From Paraspadella gotoi (lineage: Eukaryota > Animalia > Chaetognatha): a stretch of 64,000 nucleotides of DNA. Shown in pieces: positions 35,291-47,455 of this stretch. The DNA lies in contig CM119264.1 of NCBI GenBank assembly GCA_051294375.1, positions 17,124,278 to 17,188,277 of the forward strand, read 5' to 3'. The notes under the pieces were generated by a model that worked only from the letters and a program-made list of their open reading frames with translations, was not told the origin of the DNA and did no database searches. Position 1 is the first letter of the stretch, and the number at the start of each line of letters is the position of its first letter. Position numbers and translations under genes: made by a program.

Positions 35291-38200
35291 ATGGAACCCC
35301 AAGCGTCGGAAGTGATATGGATAGTGGTGCTTGCTTTCGTCGTCGCGATGATTCTCGCCATTGCTATGGGAGCCAACGACGTCGCCAACTCATTCGGGAC
35401 TTCCGTAGGAAGCGGAGTCATCACTCTCAAGCAGTGCTTCGTTCTCGCCACAGTCTTTGAAATTTCTGGTAAATTTGGTCAAACCCTCGCTCTCTAGTAT
35501 GCTTGCAAGTGAACAAAATGTAAAACGAAATTTTTTTCGCAGTTGCAACAGGTTAATGTTTATTCGTAGTGTAAGTTATAGCACCGCAATACTCTGATGT
35601 GTTTGGAACGTTGAGCGTTTTTGACGGTGAATTACGGATTAATTTAAATTTCAATGATAGGCGATTGAGACAATTATCCAACTCGAATTATTTGAATAAC
35701 AGTTTCATTTTCTATAAGCTGACAATATTTGAAATACGTGATACTTTAACTCCTCAATTCCTAGGATCTATCCTTCTCGGTTCACAAGTGGCCAACACCA
35801 TAAAGCGAGGCATTGTCAATGTTGACATGTACAATGAGACCGCGGAGATTCTCATGGTTGGCAATGTTGCCGCAATCAGCGGAAGCGCCATCTGGCAACT
35901 CGTAGCCACTCTGCTCAAACTTCCAGTATCAGGTTGGGACAATAGACACTCACTCATGTACCATATTTCATATTAATAATCAAATCTTTATTCTTCTCAC
36001 CACATATAATTTTATTTGTTTCCCACCGCAAGGCACCCATAGTATCGTAGGCGGGATTCTCGGCTTCAGCCTCGTGCAGCATCAGCTCCGCGGCATCGAC
36101 TTCGCTATGTTGGGAAAGATCGTCGCATCTTGGTATTCGAGAGATCTCTATACGTATATAAGGGAACGGTCAAATGAAACAAAGTTGTNNNNNNNNNNNN
36201 NNNNNNNNNNNNNTACCTAGCATTAATCTGATCCTCATGTAGAATTGCTCCTTGAATTACATCCTCTGAAGTTGTTGGATATGAAACGATTACCTGAAAA
36301 TATTTTAAAGAATCTAAAAAATCATGCTCATTGAATATCGAGTTTTACAGCTAGTTTTTACAAATTTACAACTTTACCCTTCCACAAGGAATTTGACTTA
36401 TGCAGCTCAACCACAAACTGCAATTTGCCATTTGTAAATTCCCGAATGGGTAACGGTGCAATTGGTCGGAATGTAACCCCTAAAATTGTGTAATGGAACT
36501 GTATAGTTAGAAGTATTCATGTATCTAAAAATCTCATACCTATGATGAGAATTGGTTTGATCATCAGGACGGTATACTGGTTGCAGTTACGATCGACAAA
36601 ACCCGCAAATATTAAGCCGCACCAAAGACACGGGACAATATTTGTACAGGGTGGACGGATTTCCTGCGAAATTTTAAGGAAATAGAAATTTATGTATTAA
36701 GATAGATATGAAACTTGTCAGAATTGCCCACGTTTTTTTTTTTTTACTGTTTACATATTATCGTTCTCAGCACCCGGAATGGACACCCGGAAAAGAATCA
36801 TTTTCGAAGGCAATGCCAATTGTTTAATCTCCAAGTGAGAGTTCGACTCCATCATCGACTCTTCGTCAGATTTTTTCATCTTTTGTTTTTCGTTTCCCTG
36901 GCGATTCTTTTTTTTTTTTTCTTTCTGTATTAGCGTTTTTTGTTTCCGTTTTTGATTTTCAAATCGCGAAATGGTTAGGCTTTGCTCGGCCACATCATCT
37001 CTCCGTTTTTAGCCAACTATCGACTTGCCTCGGTGCTGAGGCAGCTGCGTCGCACGTAAGGCCTCGCTTATGAGACGTGAAAATTGGGTCCGTTGGCGCG
37101 GGTGAGTCAGCGCCAGAGAAGAGTTTTGTCGATGTTAGCTAAAATTAGTGAGATAATATTGGTCAGGCGAATGGATATACTGTTAAAAAAATGGATATGG
37201 TATGTAATCTATATATTTTTCAATTTTAAGTTAGCGAATAAGTTGGTCGAGTCAATTGAAATTAAATATAGAATATTATTTTTACATGCTGATAAACGGT
37301 CCACTGAAAATTTTGGCACGGCTCATTTTTTTCGGTACTATTCACTATGTTGGTTTCAATAGCTGATGTTTAAGAATTTAATGCTGTAAAATTATACGTA
37401 CTAAAAAATATCTGACTTAATGCGCGAATGCCACATATTACATTTATAGTAGTGATATATGCTGCCGCTGTTTAGTGGATCGCGTTTCGGAATTGCGAGA
37501 AAAAACGTTGAGTGAAAAAAAGAGAAATTTTCGACAACGCCATTGATGAAATAACAGACCAACTGAATGCGAACGAGGAAGATTCGATGCGGGAAAGTTG
37601 AGAGCGAATCAGGAGCTGCGAGCGCGCCTGGATCGCGCGGCGTCGAAGGAGCGTCTGGCGCCGGCGAGGTCGATTCTGAACTGAGGCGTTAGAAATACAA
37701 TAGAAAAAGCAAAATACTAGATATGAAATGTTTAGGATTTATTGTATGTAACGGTTTTAAGTTACTACACTTCTATACAAGATTAGTATCAAGTTTAATC
37801 TCTAAGATCTTGACCTCTCTGGACAAGTAATTATAAGAGTTGGAAAAAAAAAAGTAAACCGTCCACTTTCATCCTTCGACTTTTCTATTTTCGCTTGTGC
37901 TTCGATGCTTTTCTGGCAGAAATTCTTTATAAAAGAAGAAAGACTTTCCAATTAATCCGGGACAATTATTTCTTCACGCCCCAAAGTCTGGACAGGGTGG
38001 ACTTTGAAAAGTCATTAGCGCTGTAGCATGGGAAGTAGCGCTACCAATAAATTTTCGGGATCAGGCCTTATCTCAACCGCGATGGAGCTGAGCTTTCGAT
38101 TCGCTGGACCAGAGAGAGGGCGAGAGCGAGAGAGAGACAGTGGGGCGCGAGAAGGATGGCAACGGCAGGTCGGGTTAATTTCTGTTTTCGCCCTTTACTC

Positions 38201-41200
38201 GCGCTCGCTCTGGCTCTTCATCCCTCTTCCTCTATCAATCTTTCCCGCGTATCTCTCCAATTTTCGTCCGTGAGTAGGTTATTGTGGTATGAAGGTAAAC
38301 TAATTTATAACACTTTCACTGACATTCATTTCAATTTTCTTAATACTCAAACCCATAATCCACTTCGAATATTGTTGGCTAAAGCCTGAAGCACAAAAAG
38401 AAGAAAATATTAAAAAAAAAACAACAAAAAAACAGAAAATTCTATTTTTTTTTTAAATTTAATTTGTTTAACACTAGTTATTCATATACAGCATTCAATA
38501 TCACCTCGGCTCAACAAAATATTTTTTCGAACAGCAAAGTAAGTTGTGGACAAATTTTATTAACAAATAACAAACAAACTCTCTAATGGATTGTCGATTT
38601 TAGAAACGAGAGGCCAAGAGAGCAATGAGCAAGGGGCAGCGAGACAGGAAGGTTGGCGAGATCAGATGATGGCGATGAAAAAAAAATTAGCGATCGAATT
38701 TGCTAAGTTTGGCCAATTGTTCAATTGAAACGAGGTTTGGCAAGATCTTGATTCTTGGGATTTTTTCATGATGGGTGTTAAGTTTTGATAGTTGCTTCGA
38801 GTGCTATTTTTTTCCTATATTTTTTTCCTGCCGCCTCCCGCTGTTAAGCTGTGAAAAAGTGGAAAACGAGCCTGCGAGATCAGCGATTTTTTTGTGGTCA
38901 CTGGTTCTTTTCTGTTATCTAAACCCCAGAATTTACAATTTGAAAAAAAAGGAATTAAAGGAAGAAATAAAAAACCAGAAAAATTCCTTTAGCATGAAAT
39001 TTGTTTTTAATGTAACAAATTAACATATGTATATGGTGGACAAACATCAACGGCCTTGGTGCGGAGGTCAAGTCATTCTCCTCCCATCCACAAGGTCCGG
39101 GGTCTAGCGATGATAAAAGTGGATCAGGAGAGAGCTCGCTCACTTCTTTTTTTTACTTCTCTACATCGTAACAATTCTTTACCTTTTTCCCTACCTTTAT
39201 TTTCTCATATTTTTCCGTCTTCTACCAGTATTATATTTCCAGACTTTGTGGAAATCTCCCAAGAATTGGTTTTGACCCAAAGGTCCGGGGTTCTAGCCCG
39301 GTGGTCGCTTGCAGTTAAGAGGACGGGGCGCTTAACCCCCTGTAACACGGTGTACAGCTGATCCGAAGCTCAGGGACTGCTTACATTGAACGGTTAGGTC
39401 ACTAACACATTACAATAGTTACTGTCTCTCAGAATAGTAATTACCACAGGTTTTATAGGCAAAAAGTTATTGATTGTCTTTTTATAATACACTAAAACAA
39501 TCACTGGACGTTTCCCTCTTTCTAATATAGGTTCATTTTTTTCATTCTCTTACAATACGCTACTACTTGCTACTACCCTTGCTCTGCACCGGTTTAGAGC
39601 TTGAAACCATTACCAATATGTTTATGTTCCCAGCAGTATGTTTATATTATTAGAAGGCTATAGAATAGGAAAAACTAATTTTCTAAGAGGGGAAGCCCTG
39701 CGCTCAAAGCGCGAGTGGATGGGCCATTTATAAGGATGCTGTAGTTAACAATTGCAGCATACCCAAAACGAACAATATGCACGCTAGTAGGTCATTTCTA
39801 TGCTAAAAAAAATTATAAAGAAGAATATGAAGAACTCCATTAGAAATATTACTAGGACATTTTATCTTTACTATAAATATGGGCATATGCGAAAATTGAA
39901 AAATAAAAATTAATTTTTTTAATTTAAAAATGTTCACAGGTACAAGCCTGCTCGTGATCTACTATTCGAATTTGATTCTATTTGATTTTAATATTTTTGC
40001 TACGCTTTACTGGCTATTTTCACAAGAGTTAATTGAGAACTTCCTTTAATGACCTTATGGAATCATAATCTGGGCTTCTGGGCATATGTGTTCCTTTGAG
40101 TTAATAGCGTAGTAATTGCCAGGAAAGACTCGTTTGGAGGTATACCTGCGCGTCCATGACTAAGGAATATAAATACGGGGGCACAAAATCGATAGATAAA
40201 GAAAGAAAAAGAAAAAAAGAGAGAGAGAAAGAGAGATTCCTGAAAAAGTTTAGGACAACAAATACGCCACCAAAATTTAGACCACTATCACGCACCTCTC
40301 TTCTCTCTCTCACACTCGATTTTTATTACTAAATAAATTGGAGAGTACAAATGTTAGGAAATTATGTTTTTAAAATATATCATGAGTTGGAATTTTTTCA
40401 GAAGTTTTAAACTAGTTTTAAAAAAAAATTGGAGGAAAATTGAAAATAAATTACTGTGAAAATTATCTTTAATTAGCGTTGACGTTGTCTCTAGGTCTCG
40501 AGTCGCTTGATTAGCAACCAACTGCGTCTTACTGCTACTTTTAATATGATACAATACCGGCGAGAGGGCGAAAGAATACACTTTAATTTTAAAATAATCT
40601 TATCTGTACAAAGTTTACTTATTTTTCAATTTCAATTAGTCTTCAGAATGAAAGAGTTGCACTATTAACCTGATCCCCGCCCCATGAAGGTAAATTTTAA
40701 ACTTAACTCGATCCGAATAGAATAAAAAAAAAAAAAATTAAACTTTGGCTTTAAAAACGATTAACACTCGAAACGTAATTGCATTATGACTCTTTTCACT
40801 TTTTGGTTTTTAAACCAGACGGGCAAAAGTTTCAGTACAAGTATAAAACTGAAGTTTTGACCATTTTCATACTAAATGGTTTTTTCCTTTCATTTTTAAA
40901 ATATTTGACTAGCTTAGTTCGTTACAAGCAAACTTGAATTAAAACAATCATCATTTTTTTTCAATAAAATTGAAAAAAACTGGAAAGTGAAAAAAAAACC
41001 CACAAAAAATTGTATTGCTTCAGTTTTGTACCATAGGCCGGAAATACAATTAAAAATTGTAAGATATATACGTAATCTAGTGTTTTAGCTATTTTGCAGT
41101 TGTCTTCGTAATTAGTCAACTTTTTGTTTAAATTTCACCTGACTAAACCACCGTCATGCAACGCAGCTCACCTCACTACCTACAGTTTTTGTGAAACTTA

Positions 41201-41500
41201 TCTTTTTTTCTCTCGGTGTTCTATATAGTGCTGTATTTCTTATAGCCGAAGATTTAATCACATAGATATGACGAAATCTATTAGTAATAAAAATACCGGT
41301 TTTAGCATAAATAACATAAATAACACTAATGTGGATATTTTTTTTCAGCCTCTCATTAAAAATTGTCCGCTAATAACGGAAATGCTCTGTTAAAATGTTT
41401 GATTCGAATCTCTCAGCTCCTCCAAAAAAAAAGCAAAATAAATAAAGAAAGACATTAAAAAAAGAAAAAATCGAAAGAAAGATCGAGCACGAAAAGAGAG

Positions 41501-41542
<42 letters not shown>

Positions 41543-44500
41543 GAGAGAGTCGGAAAAAAAAATGAATGAACGAATTTCTTATTCTGGATTTGATTCCCAG
41601 AGTTCATGACCAATTGAGGGCTCGTTAAACAGGTTTCGTTCGCAGCCAACGATTTATTCCTCAAAAAAAAGTCAATAAATCCACGAATTTCGAGGAGTCG
41701 ATCGACGTTAACATTCCGATGTTTAAGACGTTAATCAGTTAACTTTATTTCGCTCGTCATGTATCTCGATTCCCAATCCAGAAGCCGACTTCTCCTGGGA
41801 GTAATGCGATATGTCAACTTGACCTTTTTGTAAGTGTGTGTTTGTGTTTTGCATCGCGAACTCAAAAGCATTTGGTAAGTTTTAATATAAAATCGTATCT
41901 TCTAACGTGCAGACCATTAAACTAGTAAAATTTCAAGATGAATATTTTCCTTAAAGAATTCCCCCCCCCACAAAAAAAAAAGAAACAAGACAGGTTTATC
42001 CGATGAACTGGTTGCGCCCAGATAACTTATTTTCATGTGTAGTTCTCGTACATGACATGACGTGATCTGACATAACATGAGTGAGATAATATGAACTACA
42101 TGACTTAAAAAACTTCTTAGCCCGTGTTTTATGACATGGCGCTGCATCAAAATCTGTCTTTTATTCCTTATAGTTTTAGGATTTCCTGAAGGCGGCGTTA
42201 GCATCCTTGTTGGAGTTTGACTCAACCCTATAGCAAATTATATACTTTTTAGCATATGTGGGACAGACCGACGGACAGACATACCAGACCGACCGAAAAG
42301 TGACTTATTGAGTTTGCTTTCTGCGTTACTCGCGGCGCACTAAAAAAACGTACTTGAACTTCGGATCCCTATCACTAAGGGTCTCCGTGCCCTCAGTGAC
42401 CCACCGAGGCTCGAATCGCAGAGAGCCAAGGACCTATACGAAAGGTTGCTGGACTTTGAGCCTCAAAATATTATTCTAAAAGTTAACATTTTTATACCGA
42501 TAGTACTAGAAAATAGTATTATAAATAAATATGGCGTGATAACGGTAAATTACTGTAATAAAATAAAGGAATACAATAATTTTTAAGTTGCTAAGTTAAG
42601 TCGAATTTTAATATCGTACCTCCGCCTTTTGCCCTTTTATCGTTATCGTCTTGCCAATCACATTCCATTTTTATCCTTGCGCCATATATTTTATGTCATC
42701 CATTTCCCCGTTTCACCCTAAATTCCTGCAGACCCCTATCCCTCCGCGGCCCCACGTGATTGTTAACGCCCCCCCCATCATCTTGCACAATGGAAACCCC
42801 AAGCGTCGAAGTGAATGGATAGTGGTGTTGCTTTCGGTCGTCGCGATGATTCTCGCCATTTGCTATGGGGCCAACGACGTCGCCAACTCATTCGGGACTT
42901 CCGTACGGAAGTCGGAAGTCATCACTCTCAAGCAGTGCTTCGTTCCTCGCCACCAGTCTTTGAATTTCTGGTAAAATTTGGTCCAAACCCTCGCTCTCTA
43001 GTTAGCTTGCAAAGTGAACAAATGTAAAACGAAATTTTTTTCGGCGAGTTGCAACAGGTTAATGTTTATTGCGTAGTGTAAGTTATAGCACCGCAAACTC
43101 TGCAGTGTTTGGAACGTTTGAGGCGTTTCTTGACGGTGAATTACGGATTAATTTAAATTTCAATTGATAGGCGATTGAGACAATTATCCCTCTTATTTTA
43201 AACATTTCATTTTCTATAAGCTGACAATATTTGAAAATACGTGATACTTTACTACCTCAATTCCTAGGATCTATCCTTCTCGGTTCACAAGTGGCCAACA
43301 CCATAAAGGCGAGGCATTGTAATGTTGACATGTAACAATGAGACCGCGAGATTCTCATGGTTGGCCAATGTTGCCGATCAGCGGAAGCGCCATCTGGCAC
43401 TCGTAGCCTACTTGCTCAAACATTCCAGTATCAGGTTGGGACAATAGACACTCACCTGTACCGATATTTCATATTAATAAATCATAATTTTAATCTTTCT
43501 CACCACATAATAATTTTTATTTGTTTCCCACCGCAAGGCACCGATAGGTCATCGTAGCGCGGGATTTCTCGGCTTCAGCCTCGGCAGCATCAGCTCCGCG
43601 GGCAGTCGACTTCGCTTATGCTTGGGAAAGATCGTCGCATCTTGGTTGTGAATGATGCTCTTATACGTAATAAGGGAACGGTCAAATGAAACAAAGTTTG
43701 TGGTAATATTAAAAGGTTTCGTTTCCTCCCATTTCTCGCTGGAATTGTGTCGCTGGCGTGGTTTCGCCCTCGTCAAGTACTTCGTGCTTATTGGGCCATT
43801 CCACTTTCGCGCCGTTCTCCCAACTTCTTGCGGTTGGGAGGGCCCCCCTCTCCGCCGGCCTCTCCGGCCTTCCTTCCGCTTTTATGGCATCACTGCTTTT
43901 GCAACGTGCTTCGCCATCCCTATTTTCCTCTCCGCGCCAGCCTTTACTCAGGTAATGACATTTGTTTTTTTTTTTTTTGTTGCGCCACAGATTCTTTATC
44001 ATTTATGGTTATCATTTTTCTATCTATTTATTGCATAATAATGTTGTATTGATAGGCTGCACGAGATTCCCCTTTACGGTCGCTTCATCCTCAGCATCGG
44101 CATCGCCTTCGTCAGCGCCGTCCTCGTTCAGCTCGTCAGTCGTTCCGGTTCAACGAAGGAAAATACATCGGGTAAGAATTGTCGTTGTCTTTTGTTTTCT
44201 TCATTCGTTTTCTTTTTATAAACAACGTTTTTTTTGTTTTGTGCGGGAAGATTAGAAGCAAATTAAAAAAAAAGGTTTTCTAGAAAACTTCGTCAAAATT
44301 TCGTTCCTCTCAAAATACACCGACGTCTCGTTACAAGAGCAAATACCATATTTGTGTGCTTTTAGATTTTCAATGTATTCACTTTTTGCCGGCCGTTGAC
44401 TTAAAAAAATATTATTGGCATTTAAACTCAGCAAAACCAAAGAATTTCCTTAGCCCTATCGAAGCTAGAAACTTGAAATTCGTTTAAGAAAAAAGTTAGG

Positions 44501-46596
44501 TTAGAACTGTTGTTATAATAGTGAACTTTTATGTTCTTCTACCCCCGGAATAACTCCTTGGACCCAATCAATTTCATTTCTAGGTTCTTAACCCAATTCC
44601 TCCTCAAAAGCCCCCAAGTCATAATGACATATACAAGGACATTTCTTCCACGACATCTAGTCCAAACGTTTGTTTAAAATATTTATCAAATACGGTAGTA
44701 TTTTTAAATTAGATTAGAGATAGTAATTAGTGTTACTACATAGGAATTACTAAATTCCTGTCCTCTCGAAAAACGAAATGAAACCAATTGATCAACATAT
44801 TTACAGGTAAGCAAAATAAATTAAAGAAAAATTAAGTTTTCTGCTAATAACTAAAAACAGTTAAATTCTTTAGCGCAACTGATTCGGCTAATTCGTTCCC
44901 TCCAGTCCCACGCTCCAATATTCATGGCACACTCTCTACATCTCATGAATCGGCCCTCTTTACAGGCCACTGAAATCCCCGATTCGACGCCCATCGCTCC
45001 GGAAAATGACGAAGTTGAAGAGAAGCTGGGGGCGATCATGGAGCGACGACGTTCCTCGGTGGTTTCCACGTTGAGCGCCACCGGCGAGCGCCGCAAGTCC
45101 TTGGTGGAGACGATGGTCGGGAAGGTGAGGTCGATGTCTGTGACGGCGCCGGTGATCGAAGAGGATGAAGAAGAGTCGGAGTCGCAAGAAGATGGTGAGA
45201 TATATGGATTATGGATCTCACTGGATAGTGGACAAATGTACACTGTACAGTACAGTGCACATTGTACTTTTCTGTACAGTGTACATTTGTCAAAATAAAT
45301 TGTTGACTGAAAAATATTTTCTATTAAATAATGAAAAATAACGTTTAATTTAAAATATGTAAAAATTTGTAAAAATATGTAAAACAATTTTTTAACAGTT
45401 ACACACTGTTTGAAAGGTTTAAACAAGATGATAAAGTCATTCAAGTTAAAATTTTACAACTACATTTTGAACTCGTCTTTTGTTTTTTCCCTTTTGAGAT
45501 CTTGAAAGAAAAAGTAAAAAAAAAAAAAGAAATTTATAGCCAAAAAACTCCCAACAGACGTATTCTTGGACATCAAACCTCTTCCCGAAGAGGATGAAAA
45601 AGTCGAGGAGGATTTAGTTAACGAGGAAGACTTTCGACAAGATCCTCCAGAGATTCGAGAACTCTTCAAGTTTCTGCAGATCCTGACGGCTTGTTTCGGA
45701 AGCTTCGCCCATGGAGGTGAATAAAAAACTCACTGTTTGCTAAAATAAATAAATAAATGAAAGTTAAATAAGTTTAGAATTCATGGTAATTACATGCTTG
45801 CAATTTAATTAAAAGTTACAAATATTAATATATGTATTTACTTTATAGATAATATCTGAATAACATTAATGTTTTTTGAAAGGTAACGACGTAAGCAATG
45901 CAATAGGCCCATTGTTAGCAATCTGGGCTGTATTCCAAGACGGAAACACAGAGATGCGAGGAGAATCGCCCATCTGGTTGCTCGTCTATGGAGGAATAGG
46001 AATCTCTCTGGGACTCTTTTTGCTGGGCCAACGTGTGATCGAGACAATGGGGAAAGACCTTACCCCGATCACGCCATCGAGGTGATTCAATAAATCTATT
46101 TATGGTTTTTTTCTTCTAGAGATTCAATGAGAAGATTTTTGGTCGGAACGTCACTCTGCTTTTCCCGAAATAATATTAAAGAGAAGAAATCTTTTAAATA
46201 TAATGACTATTTGTTTTTTATTTCTTTTGTTTTCATTAAACCGGGACAGGCGGATATGGAAAAAACGCTTTTTGCTTCTTTCTTCTGTTTATAACAAAAT
46301 AGTTTAACTGAGATAGTTGCAATTAAAACTAATTGATTTTATTTTCGGCGTCTCACAGCGGTTTCGTCATTGAGATCAGTTCCGCAATGACTGTCCTAAT
46401 CGCCTCGAATTGCTCCATTCCCGTCTCGTCGACCCACTGCAAGGTCGGCGCCATCGTCTTCATCGGGCGATACCGAGCCAAGGAAGCCGTCGACTGGCGA
46501 CTGTTCTATAAAATCCTCGTCGCCTGGTTCGTCACTGTCCCCGCTGCTGCCCTCGTGTCGGCCGGGCTGTTTGCCTGTTTGAGGTTGGCCACGTGA
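35291..46596 (+). CDS. SLC20A: Sodium-dependent phosphate transporter, SLC20/PiT (PHO4) family; gene split by a gap and artefactual duplication
   Basis: Clean exons 35291-35468, 35765-35932, 36033-36132; frameshifted exons ~43718-43951 and ~44057-44171; clean exons ~44871-45194, 45540-45716, 45883-46081, 46360-46596. Motifs [67 protein letters not shown]. Confidence 0.93.
36189..36213. other. Assembly gap (25 N)
   Basis: Run of 25 N. Confidence 0.99.
36214..43701 (+). repeat. Indel-rich direct duplicate of 28603-36188 (KCNMB-like 5' part, intergenic DNA, SLC20 exons 1-3); probable assembly artefact
   Basis: Starts immediately after the N gap and is collinear throughout. Differences are dominated by 1-bp indels that frameshift the coding exons (e.g. 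42790-42970, 43268-43434). Confidence 0.9.
45231..45291. repeat. Perfect 20-bp inverted repeat (61-nt hairpin) in an SLC20 intron
   Basis: GACAAATGTACACTGTACAG (45231-45250) and CTGTACAGTGTACATTTGTC (45272-45291). Confidence 0.85.
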
Positions 46597-47455
46597 TAGT
46601 GAGGTTGACAAGGGATGAAAGAGAAAAGAAAATTAAAATAAAATAATATATTAAAATTTATACAAAAAGAAGGTAAAATTTATAGAAAGAAAACTTTACC
46701 AATCGAATAATTTATTTAAATTAGTATGAGAGAAAAAGAACAAAAATTAGATTTTTTAACTCGAGTAAAGTCCTAACAAAAATCCTTGTTAAATTTTCTG
46801 GGCTGAATTACTTATACTCGTCGAAAATTGTCGAGGTATGCCATTTACTTTCATACTTACAAGTGATAATTTAGTTACGACATGCTCCCGTTATCTAAAG
46901 ACCGAACGTAATATTTTATATTTTTTTACATGATACCGAAGATTGTTACATTACATTAACTCTGACTGTATCGGGGCATTGACGATTGCCGAGATACATG
47001 TAATAAAAAAAAACGAAAAAATTATTTTTTGCTGAAACTTTTTAGGGTTGTATTGAATTTTAAAAACGTATTTCACCCTACATTTATAGCATTTGTTTCT
47101 CGTTTGCAGACATTTATTTTTTCACCGATTAATTTTGCACATTAAAATGTTAAGAATTGCTCCGTTTTACTTTTTTATTGACGGTACAGGAAATTATTTT
47201 AGTTAAATTAAAAATGAATAATCATACATGTCAAAAAATACTATTATAATAATTGGTGTTAAGGAAACTATGACATAAAATTACATAGATAGTATTAATA
47301 GTCGTATTCGAGTTCATTGGCCTGAGAGAGAATATGTGACAAAATGTTAGATGCTCACAAGTTCACCAATTACATATTTAAGTTTTTACTAACTGCAAGG
47401 CAAGAAAGTTCTGTTTCTTACATCGAATAGAATTTCTTCTAATAAGAAAAAAAAA

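Noticed and set aside
42651-43645. SLC20 pseudogene or paralogue (and KCNMB-like pseudogene at 36214-36880)
   Set aside because: Indel-dominated differences adjacent to a gap indicate an uncorrected long-read duplicate.
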